A stretch of 44,099 nucleotides of DNA from an uncultured Alphaproteobacteria bacterium (GCA_903930545.1 CAIYZB010000214.1:1-44099); one strand, 5' to 3'. Numbered from the stretch's first letter, positions 1 to 8,702 are shown. Program-made: numbers and translations. The notes: generated by a model from the sequence alone, not told the origin.

Positions 1-210
1 AGCAGCGGCCGCCGCGGCCTCAAGCCATACGGACACCGAATGAGGTGTCGGCTCCAGCCCCTCTGGATCGAGGGCCCCGGCCAGAATCAGCCCTCGCGAA
101 ACCAGCCGGACCAGCTCGTCGGGGGGCACTTCACAGGCGACGGGCCCGCAGAGATAGGCGGATGCAATCTTGGTGCTCAGGCGCAGCAGCGTGCCGGTAG
201 CCTTGTCCAT
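1..210 (-). CDS. Partial CDS running off the left edge; N-terminus weakly resembles the Ros/MucR N-terminal region
   Basis: Not in the ORF track. ATG at 210-208 has GGAGAG 5 nt upstream, and the frame is open to base 1: MDKATGTLLRLSTKIASAYLCGPVACEVPPDELVRLVSRGLILAGALDPEG... The L..L...I.SAY....V...EL..L pattern recalls MucR, but no zinc-finger half is visible. Confidence 0.55.
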   Translation of the reverse strand, partial: MDKATGTLLRLSTKIASAYLCGPVACEVPPDELVRLVSRGLILAGALDPEGLEPTPHSVSVWLEAAAAAA

Positions 211-618
211 AACAACTCTCCATTCTTCCTCACCCCAAGGGGAGGCGGCGGCAATCGGGCGTGGGAAACCAGTCTGGCTCCTTGATGCGATGGAGGTTTT
301 GGCGTCGGAGCAAAATATCAAGGCAACAAGTCTATGTCGTTTCTGTCGCTGTCTTCATAGAAAGGCAATCTTCGACATTTTTCTTGTGTATTGACTCTCA
401 GATTCACGAAAACTCGAATTCATCTAGATGATCCATCCGAGATATCTTCTTGATCTGTATTTTACTCCGTCGCATCCATCGATTCACGCTTCATCTTTCT
501 ATTGAGATGAACCTGCATAACCTAGGTCTGTATCAGACATGGATTGCGGACAATTTCGGCCGCCCACGGCCCAAATCCTGACCTTCCCCCACTTTCTCAG
601 GACGGCTAGGTTCCGGCC

Positions 619-1449
619 ATGACCCCCCAGCCCGCCTTTGATCACCGTGACGCCCACCGCTTCCGGATCGGCCTGGCCCCCATCAGCGAAGACCAATGGT
701 TCGAGCCCGTAGGCAGTGACGGCGACCCCGCGGTGCGCAAGGCCCAGACCTTTGCGGAGAGCCCCGACCTCTGCTGGGGGGAGACGCCTGGGTCCCGCCC
801 CGGTCAGGCAGAGGCCCTGGACCTGTTACAAGCCCATCTTGGCCTTTCGCCGGTGACCGACGGCGAGGTCCCGCCCCTGCGCAGGGCCGCGGCCCTGGTC
901 GACGATGATCTGTGTCTGATGGAGCCGGGCGACGGGGGCTGGACCCTTACGGCGGCCAGCCTCTGCGCCCCCAGCTTTTTCAGTGCCCTTGATGCCGTGG
1001 GCAAGCCCCTGTCTGGCCTGCACGGACCTGTGCCGGGTTTCAATGACAGCCTGCTCCCGCGGGTCAGCCGGATCTTTGATGCCCTGGACAAGGACACCCT
1101 GCTGGAGCGTCGCAACTGGAGCGTAGTGGCCTCGGGCGAACTCTTCCTGCCCAGCTCCGCCCCGGTGCGTGCGGCTCAGCCGTCGATCAGAGCCGAAGAG
1201 GCGGCGGAACGACTTTTCGTGCGGATGGAGCGTCAGAGCCTGAGGCGGTTGCCGCGCACGGGTGGCCTGCTCTTCACCATCCGGATCTGGCGCTATCCCC
1301 TGTCAGACCTCGCCCGCCGCCCCGGGGAAGCGGAGGCCTTCCGCAAGGCCTGGGATGGGGTCATGGGGGAAACCGGTCAGGACTTCCGCACCTATAAGGG
1401 CCTCGCCGACCTCGACCCCCTGGTCCGCCACGCCCTGGCCAAAATCTAG
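619..1449 (+). CDS. DUF3445 / heme-dependent oxidative N-demethylase alpha-subunit family protein
   Basis: Motifs DDLCLM, AASLCAPS, GKPLSGLHGPVPG, RRNWSV and RMERQSLRRLPRTGGLLFTIR match the DUF3445 pattern; 276 aa. Confidence 0.8.
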   Translation: MTPQPAFDHRDAHRFRIGLAPISEDQWFEPVGSDGDPAVRKAQTFAESPDLCWGETPGSRPGQAEALDLLQAHLGLSPVTDGEVPPLRRAAALVDDDLCLMEPGDGGWTLTAASLCAPSFFSALDAVGKPLSGLHGPVPGFNDSLLPRVSRIFDALDKDTLLERRNWSVVASGELFLPSSAPVRAAQPSIRAEEAAERLFVRMERQSLRRLPRTGGLLFTIRIWRYPLSDLARRPGEAEAFRKAWDGVMGETGQDFRTYKGLADLDPLVRHALAKI

Positions 1450-2150
1450 CGGACGAAGCTCGCCCCGTTCACGTCGAGAACAGCGCCCGTCATGGAGGCT
1501 GGCGCATCCAGGGCCAGGAAGGTCGCCACGGCAGCCACCTCACCGGGGTCAGCGACCCGGCCCAGGGGAATGTCGGCCAGGAGCCGATCGCCGCCGCGAC
1601 TGGCCAGATAAGTGTCTTCATCCCCGGTCATGACGAAACCTGGGCAGATGGCAAAGGCCAGGATCCCCTGGGGGGCAAAGCCGCGGGCGATGGACTTGGT
1701 CATGGCCACCATCCCGCCCTTTGAGGCGGCATAGTTCCAGTGAGAGGGAGAGTCGCCACGATAGGCAGCCCGACTGGCAATATTGATGATCCGCCCTGGC
1801 TCGCCCCGGGTTTCGAAATGGCGGATGGCCGCACGGCAGAGATCGGCCGAGGCCTGGAGATTGATCTGCAGGGTCCGCGCCCAGCTCGCCGCCCAGACAT
1901 CATCCTCTGACTGGACGGAAGCGGCCTCGAAGACCCCTGCATTATTGATCAGGACGTCGATCCGCCCATCCAGGGCGTCCAGGGCCCGGGCCCAGAGCCG
2001 CGCAGGCGCGGCGGGATCGGCCAGGTCCTCCCCGATCTGGCCGGGACCGTCGGCGCGGCCATGGCCGATGACACGCGCCCCCCGGGCCTCGAGCCCGGCC
2101 CTGGTGGCGGCACCAATACCGCGACTGGCCCCTGTGATCAGGATGTTCAT
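1446..2150 (-). CDS. SDR family NAD(P)-dependent oxidoreductase
   Basis: TGASRGIG, NNAG and YAASK motifs; starts 3 bp after the YeiH-family gene stop, so it is the last gene of the minus-strand operon. Confidence 0.92.
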   Translation of the reverse strand: MNILITGASRGIGAATRAGLEARGARVIGHGRADGPGQIGEDLADPAAPARLWARALDALDGRIDVLINNAGVFEAASVQSEDDVWAASWARTLQINLQASADLCRAAIRHFETRGEPGRIINIASRAAYRGDSPSHWNYAASKGGMVAMTKSIARGFAPQGILAFAICPGFVMTGDEDTYLASRGGDRLLADIPLGRVADPGEVAAVATFLALDAPASMTGAVLDVNGASFVR

Positions 2151-2153
2151 TGG

Positions 2154-3260
2154 CTAGGTCAGGGCTATGGCCGCCAGGACCCAGGCCATGACGCCCAGGG
2201 TCTCGACGACGATCATGATGACGGGCCTCCAGCCCACATGAACCAGGTCGCCGAGGGCCGTCTTGGCGCCCACGGCGGCAATGGCGGTCACCAGGAACCA
2301 GCGGGAGGCCGAGCCCACGCCTTCCATCAGCTCGGCCGGGACCATGCCGGTTGAGTTGACCCCAACCAGGGCCGCGAAACCCACCAGGAAGGTCGGCAGG
2401 ATGGGCGGACGCTTTCCACCGGCCTGGGCCTCTCCCTGGGCGCGGAACAGGAAAGCAATCACCAGTATGGCAGGCAGCAGGAGCGCCACCCGGAACAGCT
2501 TGACGATGGTGGCGGTGTCCCCGGTCTCCTTGGACACGCCATAGCCGGCCCCCACCACCTGGGCGACGTCGTGAATGGTGGCCCCCAGAAACACGCCCGT
2601 CTGATGGTCTGTCAGGCCCAGGGCGGCGGCAATGACGGGATAGATCACCATGGCCAGGGTCGACAGGGCGGTGACCCCGACCACCGTCAGAAGCGTGTCC
2701 CTTTCCCGGGTCGGCGAGGCCGGAAGCACGGAGGAAATGGCCATGGCCGCTGAGGCCCCGCAGATCGCCACGGAGCCGCCGGTCAGCACCCCGAAGGCGT
2801 CGGAAAGCTTCATCACCCGGGCCAGGGCCCAGCCCGCGAGGATCGTAAGGACCACCCCTCCGGCGGCGATCAGCAGGGTCACGCCACCCAGGGCCTGGAC
2901 CTGGTCGAGGGTTATCCGTGCGCCCAGCAGGGCGACCCCGACCCGCAGCACCTGGCGGGAGGCAAAATCGATGCCGGGGCGGCAACGCACGTCCTGGCCC
3001 AGGAAGTTGACGGCCATGCCCAGCAGGAGGGCAAAGAGCATGACCGGAGCCTTGTAATGGTCCGCCAGCCAGGAGGCAGACAAGGCCACAAGGATGGCAA
3101 TGGAAATGCCTGGCGATAACCGGCGAACCGTCAGAACCAGCCTTTGCCGGGGCGAGGCCTTGACCTCGCTCGGTGCCAGGACCGGCACGCCCTCCAGAGA
3201 GTCATAGGAGGCGAAGGCAAATCGGTCGGACAGGGTCCGGATATCGTCAGGCTGGGTCAC
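2154..3260 (-). CDS. YeiH/UPF0324 family putative sulfate/sulfite exporter
   Basis: Polytopic membrane protein with LRVGVALLG, GGSVAICGASAA, GATIHDVAQVV and IVKLFRV motifs. GTG at 3260 overlaps the upstream stop (GTGA), so the track start at 3317 is probably too long. Confidence 0.9.
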   Translation of the reverse strand: MTQPDDIRTLSDRFAFASYDSLEGVPVLAPSEVKASPRQRLVLTVRRLSPGISIAILVALSASWLADHYKAPVMLFALLLGMAVNFLGQDVRCRPGIDFASRQVLRVGVALLGARITLDQVQALGGVTLLIAAGGVVLTILAGWALARVMKLSDAFGVLTGGSVAICGASAAMAISSVLPASPTRERDTLLTVVGVTALSTLAMVIYPVIAAALGLTDHQTGVFLGATIHDVAQVVGAGYGVSKETGDTATIVKLFRVALLLPAILVIAFLFRAQGEAQAGGKRPPILPTFLVGFAALVGVNSTGMVPAELMEGVGSASRWFLVTAIAAVGAKTALGDLVHVGWRPVIMIVVETLGVMAWVLAAIALT

Positions 3261-4324
3261 AGGACCAGAGGCCCGTGGTTCATGCGCGGCAGGACGTGGC
3301 GGGCGAACAGGTCGCACTCGGCCTGGTGCGGATAGCCCGACAGGATGAAGGCTTCGATCCCCAGGTCCTGATAGGCCTGGAGCTTCTTCAGCACCTGGTC
3401 CGGGTCTCCGACAATGGCGGCCCCGCAGCCAGAGCGGGCCCGGCCAATCCCGGTCCAGAGATTTTCCTCGGCATAGCCGTCATCCGAGGCGGTCTGACGC
3501 AGCTCTGCCTGGCGGCGCACGCCTTCTGACTGGCTGTCCAGGGACTTGGCGCGAATGGCATCACCGGTGGGGGCGTCCAGCCGCGACAGCAGCCGGTCAG
3601 CTGCGGCCCGGGCGGCTTCCTCCGTCTCGCGGACGACGACGTGGACCCGATACCCGAACTTCAGCTTGCGGCCCTTCTTCGTGGCCCGCGCCGTCATGTC
3701 GCCGATGATCTCCTTCACGGCCTCCATCTTGTCGGGCCACATCAGATAGACGTCACAGCCCTCGGCGGCGGCGTCACGGGCATCTTCGGACAGGCCACCG
3801 AAATAGAAAGCCGGGGCCTGGCCGGAGACCGGGCGGATCCGCGGGGGATCGACCTTCATCTTGTAGAAGTCGCCATCGAAATCCACGGCCTCGCCGTTCA
3901 GCAGGGCCCGCAGCAGGTGCATGACCTCCACCGTGCGGCGATAGCGCGGGGCGCTGGCCAGGGTCTCGCCGGGCATGTCGCTGGAGATGATGTTGATGGC
4001 CAGCCGACCACCCAGCATCTGGTCAATGGTGGAGATCTGCCGGGCCAGCTGGGCAGGCCAGATCTCGCCACAGCGGATCGCCGCGAGCAGGCGCATGCGC
4101 TTCAGCATGGGGGCGATCCCGGCAGCGAAGGCCAGGGTATCCACCCCCAGGGCATAGCCGGAAGGCAGCAGGATATTGTCAAAGCCACCCTTTTCCGCTC
4201 CGAGCACGATATTGCGGCAATGCTCCCAGCTGGACTGAAGGGCAGGATCAGGGACGCCGAGAAACTCGTAGTCGTCGTCGCACAGGGCCGAGAACCAGGA
4301 AACCTCGCAGGGGGGCGTTGTCAT
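3257..4324 (-). CDS. smoC: LLM-class flavin-dependent monooxygenase, sulfoquinovose monooxygenase (SmoC/SquD)-like
   Basis: EVSWFSALCDDDY-FLGVPD, AAIRCGE, NIISSD, YFGG, CDVYLMWP, LWTGIGRARSGCGAA and FILSGYPH match my recollection of SmoC/SquD rather than classical SsuD. ATG at 4324 overlaps the AKR stop (ATGA); the gene context fits. Confidence 0.8.
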   Translation of the reverse strand: MTTPPCEVSWFSALCDDDYEFLGVPDPALQSSWEHCRNIVLGAEKGGFDNILLPSGYALGVDTLAFAAGIAPMLKRMRLLAAIRCGEIWPAQLARQISTIDQMLGGRLAINIISSDMPGETLASAPRYRRTVEVMHLLRALLNGEAVDFDGDFYKMKVDPPRIRPVSGQAPAFYFGGLSEDARDAAAEGCDVYLMWPDKMEAVKEIIGDMTARATKKGRKLKFGYRVHVVVRETEEAARAAADRLLSRLDAPTGDAIRAKSLDSQSEGVRRQAELRQTASDDGYAEENLWTGIGRARSGCGAAIVGDPDQVLKKLQAYQDLGIEAFILSGYPHQAECDLFARHVLPRMNHGPLVL

Positions 4325-5232
4325 GGCAGGGGCACTCCTCGGGCTGCCGTCAGGATGGAATACCACTCGGCGCGCGTCAGGCTCACCTCAAGAGAGCGCA
4401 CGGCCTCCTGGATGCGGGCCGGTTGCTGCGAGCCAATGATGGGAATGGGGCGGGCCGGGTGGGCCATGATCCAGGCATAGGCGACATCCGTCCGCGACAC
4501 GCCCTTTTCCGCGGCCACGCCGTCGAGGGCCGCGCGAACGGCTTCTGCCCGCTCACCGCCATCGGAACTATCGCCCAGTCTGCCCTGGGCCAGGGGCGAC
4601 CAGGCCAGGACCGACATGCCGGTCGCCAGGGCCTGATCGAGGGTCCCGTCATAGAGCGGCGCAACCACAAGGGGCGAAAACTCGATCTGGATAGCGGCGA
4701 TGGGAAAGCCAAGATGGGCCTGCAAAGCCGCGGTCTGGGCCGCCGTGTGATTTGAAACCCCCACCTCCCCGATCTTGCCGGCCTCCCGCAGGCGGGTCAG
4801 GGTTTCGGCTACATCAGCCGGGTGGGCCAGATGGTCGGGGCGGTGGATCTGGTAGAGGTCGATGCACTCAACCCCAATTCGGGTAAGGGAGTCTTCAACG
4901 GCCTGGACCAGATAGGCAGGACTGGAATCATAGGGCACCCCCATGGAGATGCCGCCCTTGGAGGCCAGGACAAAACGGTCTCTCAGGGACGGAGCCGCCT
5001 TGAGCACCCGGCCCAGCAGAGCTTCGGAGGCCCCGAAGGGCTCGCCATTATCCGGACCATAGATGTCTGCGGTATCCAGCAGGGTCATCCCCGCATCCAG
5101 CGCCGCCTCTACCCGGGATTGTGCTGCGACGACATCGTCGCCGGCAAAACGCCACATCCCCCAGGCCAGGGGTGAAACCTTCAGAGCGGACTTGCCGAGG
5201 GACAAGGGTTCATAGGACAAGGCGGCGCTCAC
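4321..5232 (-). CDS. smoB: Aldo/keto reductase, probable 6-oxo(dehydro)glucose reductase (SmoB/SquF-like)
   Basis: AKR motifs GMWR, DTADIYG, ASKGG, DLYQIHRPD, GVSN, AWSPL and PIIGS; translationally coupled to the SQ monooxygenase-like gene. The substrate is inferred from context. Confidence 0.75.
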   Translation of the reverse strand: MSAALSYEPLSLGKSALKVSPLAWGMWRFAGDDVVAAQSRVEAALDAGMTLLDTADIYGPDNGEPFGASEALLGRVLKAAPSLRDRFVLASKGGISMGVPYDSSPAYLVQAVEDSLTRIGVECIDLYQIHRPDHLAHPADVAETLTRLREAGKIGEVGVSNHTAAQTAALQAHLGFPIAAIQIEFSPLVVAPLYDGTLDQALATGMSVLAWSPLAQGRLGDSSDGGERAEAVRAALDGVAAEKGVSRTDVAYAWIMAHPARPIPIIGSQQPARIQEAVRSLEVSLTRAEWYSILTAARGVPLP

Positions 5233-5251
5233 ACTTCAGACAATGGGGACA
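5233..5251. promoter_or_regulatory. Candidate bidirectional promoter with overlapping -10 elements
   Basis: Only 10-28 bp separate the divergent genes. GACAAT (+, 5239-5244) and CATTGT (-, 5245-5240) both keep the -11A and -7T positions. Confidence 0.35.
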
Positions 5252-5260
5252 CGGACGAAA

Positions 5261-6349
5261 ATGAAAAATCCCGTGCGGTTCGGAATCATCGGCTCAGGAA
5301 TGATGGGTCGCGAGCACATCCGCAACCTCCTGCTGTTTCCACAAGCAAAAATCACCGCCCTGGCCGATCCGGTCCCCGCCTCCCTGGAGTCGGCCCGGCG
5401 CACCGCCAGGGATCAGGCGGACGGCATCGCCCTGTTCGATACTGCAGAAGCCATGATCGCCTCGGGCACGGTGGATGCGGTGATTGTCGCCTCCCCCAAC
5501 TATACCCATCGCGCAGTCCTGGAGCCGCTGTTTGCCTCCGGCGTCCACATCCTTTGCGAGAAGCCACTTTGCACCACCATGGAAGACGCCCGCTGGGCGG
5601 CTGAAAAGGCGGCGACCCACAGGGGCGTTTTCTGGACGGGCATGGAATATCGTTTCATGCCCCCGGCCCAGGTCTTCATCGACCAGATCAAGGCCGGCCG
5701 GGTTGGACGTCTGGTGATGCTGTCCATCCGCGAGCATCGCTTCCCCTTCCTGGTCAAGGTGGGCGACTGGAACCGGTTCTCCCGTAATACCGGCGGAACC
5801 ATGGTGGAAAAGTGCTGCCACTTCTTCGACCTGATGCGGGTCATCATTGGTGCCGAGCCGGTGCGGGTCTTCTGCTCCGGGGCCATGGATGTGAACCATC
5901 TGGACGAACGCTATGGCGGCGAGGTCCCTGACATCATCGACAATTCCTACACCGTGGTGGATTTCGCAAATGGGGCCCGGGCCATGCTCGACCTCAACAT
6001 GTTCGCAGACGGGTCCAAGAATCAGGAAGAGCTGGCTGCCGTCGGAGACCAGGCCAAGCTCGAGGCGTTCATCCCGGAAGGGGATCTGGTCTTCTCCCCC
6101 CGGGTCGGCTTCAACAACCCGAAGAAACTTGAAACCAGCCATGTGGCGGTGGATCAGGCCGCCCTGGAAGCCGGCTCCCACCATGGTGCCACCTATTATC
6201 AGCTCGAGGCTTTCCTGAAGGCTGTGGCTGGGGAGGGCCCCGTCGTGGTCACTGCTGAGGACGGCCTGAGGGCTGTCGCCATGGGTACAGCGGCAGAAAT
6301 CAGCGCCCGGGAAAACCGTGTGGTCGCCATGAGCGAGCTCGGATTCTAG
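5261..6349 (+). CDS. sqgA: Gfo/Idh/MocA-fold protein, probable NAD+-dependent sulfoquinovosidase (GH188, SqgA-like)
   Basis: GIIGSGMMG Rossmann motif, CEKP, GMEYR, REHRFPFLVKVGDWNRF, GGTMVEKCCHFFDLM and HHGATY; lies next to smoB/smoC-like genes, and the window has no GH31 SQase. Alternative ATG at 5243. Confidence 0.75.
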   Translation: MKNPVRFGIIGSGMMGREHIRNLLLFPQAKITALADPVPASLESARRTARDQADGIALFDTAEAMIASGTVDAVIVASPNYTHRAVLEPLFASGVHILCEKPLCTTMEDARWAAEKAATHRGVFWTGMEYRFMPPAQVFIDQIKAGRVGRLVMLSIREHRFPFLVKVGDWNRFSRNTGGTMVEKCCHFFDLMRVIIGAEPVRVFCSGAMDVNHLDERYGGEVPDIIDNSYTVVDFANGARAMLDLNMFADGSKNQEELAAVGDQAKLEAFIPEGDLVFSPRVGFNNPKKLETSHVAVDQAALEAGSHHGATYYQLEAFLKAVAGEGPVVVTAEDGLRAVAMGTAAEISARENRVVAMSELGF

Positions 6350-6368
6350 GCAAACCATGCCACCGAAG

Positions 6369-6398
6369 TTGCGAACGCGAACCGATAACGGTTATAAA
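6369..6398 (+). promoter_or_regulatory. Candidate sigma70 promoter with overlapping dyad operator upstream of the TonB-dependent receptor
   Basis: TTGCGA (6369-6374) N18 TATAAA (6393-6398); inverted repeat ATAAC-G-GTTAT at 6385-6395; SD GAGGGG upstream of ATG 6425. Confidence 0.45.
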
Positions 6399-6424
6399 AG
6401 TTTCAACATTGAGGGGAAACAAGA

Positions 6425-8698
6425 ATGAAATCGACTTCCAGCACCCAGCGTGCAAGCCGCCTCGCGGCCCTTTTCCTGACCACGGCCAGCACCGCCTTCG
6501 GCATCGTCGGCACGGCCGCGGCCGCAGACAACGCCCAGGTGGAGGAAGTCATCGTCACGGCCCAGCGTCGTGAAGAGCGTCTGCAGAACGTCCCGGTCGC
6601 CGTCACCGTCGTCTCCGGCGATCAGCTCAGCCAGCGCCAGACCTTCAGCTCCGAGCAGCTGGTCCAGGCCGTTCCGTCCCTGACCTTCCGCAAGGGGACG
6701 ACCAATGTGAACTCGGCCCTGAACATCCGCGGCATCGGCACCATCTCCTTCTCCGCGGGCGCCGAACCGGCCGTCTCCACCGTGGTGGACGGTGTGGTGC
6801 TGGCCCGTTCGGGTCAGGCCTTCTTCGACTTCTTCGACGTTGAGCGGATCGAAGTCCTGCGCGGCCCCCAGGGCACCCTGTTCGGCAAGAATGCCTCGGC
6901 CGGTGTGGTCTCCATCGTGACCAAGCGCCCCTCCGCCACCCCGACGGGCTTTGTCGAAGGCTCCTATTTCGAAGGCAATGAAATCCGCGTCCGCGGCGGC
7001 GTCTCCGGCCCCCTCAGCGACACGGTTCGCGGTGGCCTGACCGCCGTCTATGGCAAGTATGACGGCAACACCAAGAACGTGTTCAATGGTGAGGACGTCA
7101 ACGGCTATGAGCGCTTCGGCGTCCGCGCCAAGGTCGAATGGACCCCCAGCGACAACCTGACCGTCACCGGTATCGCCGACTGGGTCAATGCGGTGGACAA
7201 TGCCTCGGCCGACATCATCGGTTTCGTGACCCCGGGCAATGCCATTCTCGGCCAGCTGGGCACCGTGAAGACCGGCGAGGGCAACAAGCAGATCAGCAAT
7301 GACTATGCCCCTGTGACCAAGGACTCTAACTTCGGCGTCTCCGGCCAGGTTGACTATCAGATGGGTGACTACACCCTGACCTCGATCAGCGCCTGGCGCG
7401 GGTGGGGCAATACCGAACAGCGCGACGGTGACTTCACCGCCTATCTCGGTCGCAATGTCGGCACCTCCAGCAGCCGCGACTTCGGCATTCTGGACTTCAC
7501 CCAGTTCAGCCAGGAAGTCCGCCTCGCCTCGCCCACCGGCCAGTTCCTGGAATATGTCGTCGGTGCCTATTACTACCACACCGATCAGGACAACTTCTTC
7601 AACCGCCTGAACGTCACCTGCACGGCCACCACCCTGGCTGGCGGGGCCTGCGCGGCGGGGTCCTCGACCTTTGTCACCCAGTCCAACGGCACGGCCAATT
7701 TCAACACCCAGCTGACCAATTCGGCGGTCTTCGGTCAGGCGACCCTGAACTTCTCCGAAAAGTTCCGCGGCATCGTCGGTCTGCGTCTGTCCAAGGACAA
7801 GGTCGAGTATGACTTTGCCCGCGTGTCCAGCTTCGCTGCTGACACCCCTGGGGTGCGTGCCAACTTCGCCAGCAAGAGCTCGACCGACGAAACCGGCACT
7901 TCGGGCCGGATCGGCGTTCAGTATGACGTCTCCGAGAACGTCAATGTCTATGCCAACTATGCCCGCGGCTATAAGGGCCCGGCAATCAACGTCTTCTTCA
8001 ACATGCGGGCCTTCGACACCATCCCGCTGCAGCCTGAAGAATCCGACGCCTTCGAACTGGGCCTGAAGTCCCGCCTGCTGGACAATCGTCTGGTCCTCAA
8101 CATTGCGGCCTTCGACACCAGCTATTCGGGCTTCCAGACCACCTCCTTCGACACGGTTGCCGGCAGCATTGTCAGCCGCCTGATCAATGCCGGCGACGTC
8201 TCCACCCAGGGCATTGAAGCGGATTTCACGGCCCGTCCGACCGCTGCCCTGACCCTGTCGGGCGGTGCCGCCTACACCAAGGCGCGCATCGACAAGTATA
8301 ACTGCCCCACCGGTTCGCCGGCCTCCTGCGCGGCCCATGACGGCAAGACCCTGCCCTATGCGCCGGAATGGAAGCTGAACCTGTCGGCCAATTACGACAT
8401 CGCCCTGCCCACCATGCCCTTCGACATGGCCTTGAACACGGCCTATGGCTGGCAGAGCGACACCCAGTTCGACATCGATCAGAACCCCCTGGCCATCCAG
8501 CCGGAATACGGGATCTGGGACGCCTCGGTGGCTCTGGTGGATCGTGATGGCCGCTATCGTCTGAGCCTGGTGGCCAAGAACCTGGGCGACCAGTTCTACA
8601 CCTCGGCCCGCATCCCCGGTGCCTTTGTCCGGACCCAGGTGCCCCGTGATGCCGAACGTTATTTCGGCCTGACCCTGCGCGCCAACTTCGGTCAATAG
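6425..8698 (+). CDS. TonB-dependent receptor
   Basis: Signal peptide, EEVIVTAQRREE TonB-box region, plug motif RIEVLRGPQGTLFGKNASAG, YARGYKGP, KNLGD and C-terminal YFGLTLRANF; 757 aa. Confidence 0.95.
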   Translation: MKSTSSTQRASRLAALFLTTASTAFGIVGTAAAADNAQVEEVIVTAQRREERLQNVPVAVTVVSGDQLSQRQTFSSEQLVQAVPSLTFRKGTTNVNSALNIRGIGTISFSAGAEPAVSTVVDGVVLARSGQAFFDFFDVERIEVLRGPQGTLFGKNASAGVVSIVTKRPSATPTGFVEGSYFEGNEIRVRGGVSGPLSDTVRGGLTAVYGKYDGNTKNVFNGEDVNGYERFGVRAKVEWTPSDNLTVTGIADWVNAVDNASADIIGFVTPGNAILGQLGTVKTGEGNKQISNDYAPVTKDSNFGVSGQVDYQMGDYTLTSISAWRGWGNTEQRDGDFTAYLGRNVGTSSSRDFGILDFTQFSQEVRLASPTGQFLEYVVGAYYYHTDQDNFFNRLNVTCTATTLAGGACAAGSSTFVTQSNGTANFNTQLTNSAVFGQATLNFSEKFRGIVGLRLSKDKVEYDFARVSSFAADTPGVRANFASKSSTDETGTSGRIGVQYDVSENVNVYANYARGYKGPAINVFFNMRAFDTIPLQPEESDAFELGLKSRLLDNRLVLNIAAFDTSYSGFQTTSFDTVAGSIVSRLINAGDVSTQGIEADFTARPTAALTLSGGAAYTKARIDKYNCPTGSPASCAAHDGKTLPYAPEWKLNLSANYDIALPTMPFDMALNTAYGWQSDTQFDIDQNPLAIQPEYGIWDASVALVDRDGRYRLSLVAKNLGDQFYTSARIPGAFVRTQVPRDAERYFGLTLRANFGQ

Positions 8699-8702
8699 GC
8701 GC

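Noticed and set aside
40-696. Short ORFs 40..285, 170..394 and 499..696
   Set aside because: No SD or motifs; they overlap a better-supported minus-strand gene, the AT-rich intergenic patch or the DUF3445 gene.
3257-4324. Annotation as generic alkanesulfonate monooxygenase SsuD of a sulfur-starvation operon
   Set aside because: No ssuABCE nearby; sequence motifs and the AKR/GH188-like neighbours fit SmoC/SquD better.
5261-6349. Annotation as myo-inositol 2-dehydrogenase (iolG)
   Set aside because: No other iol genes are present; the REHRFPFLxK and EKCCH motifs and context favour a GH188-like SQase.
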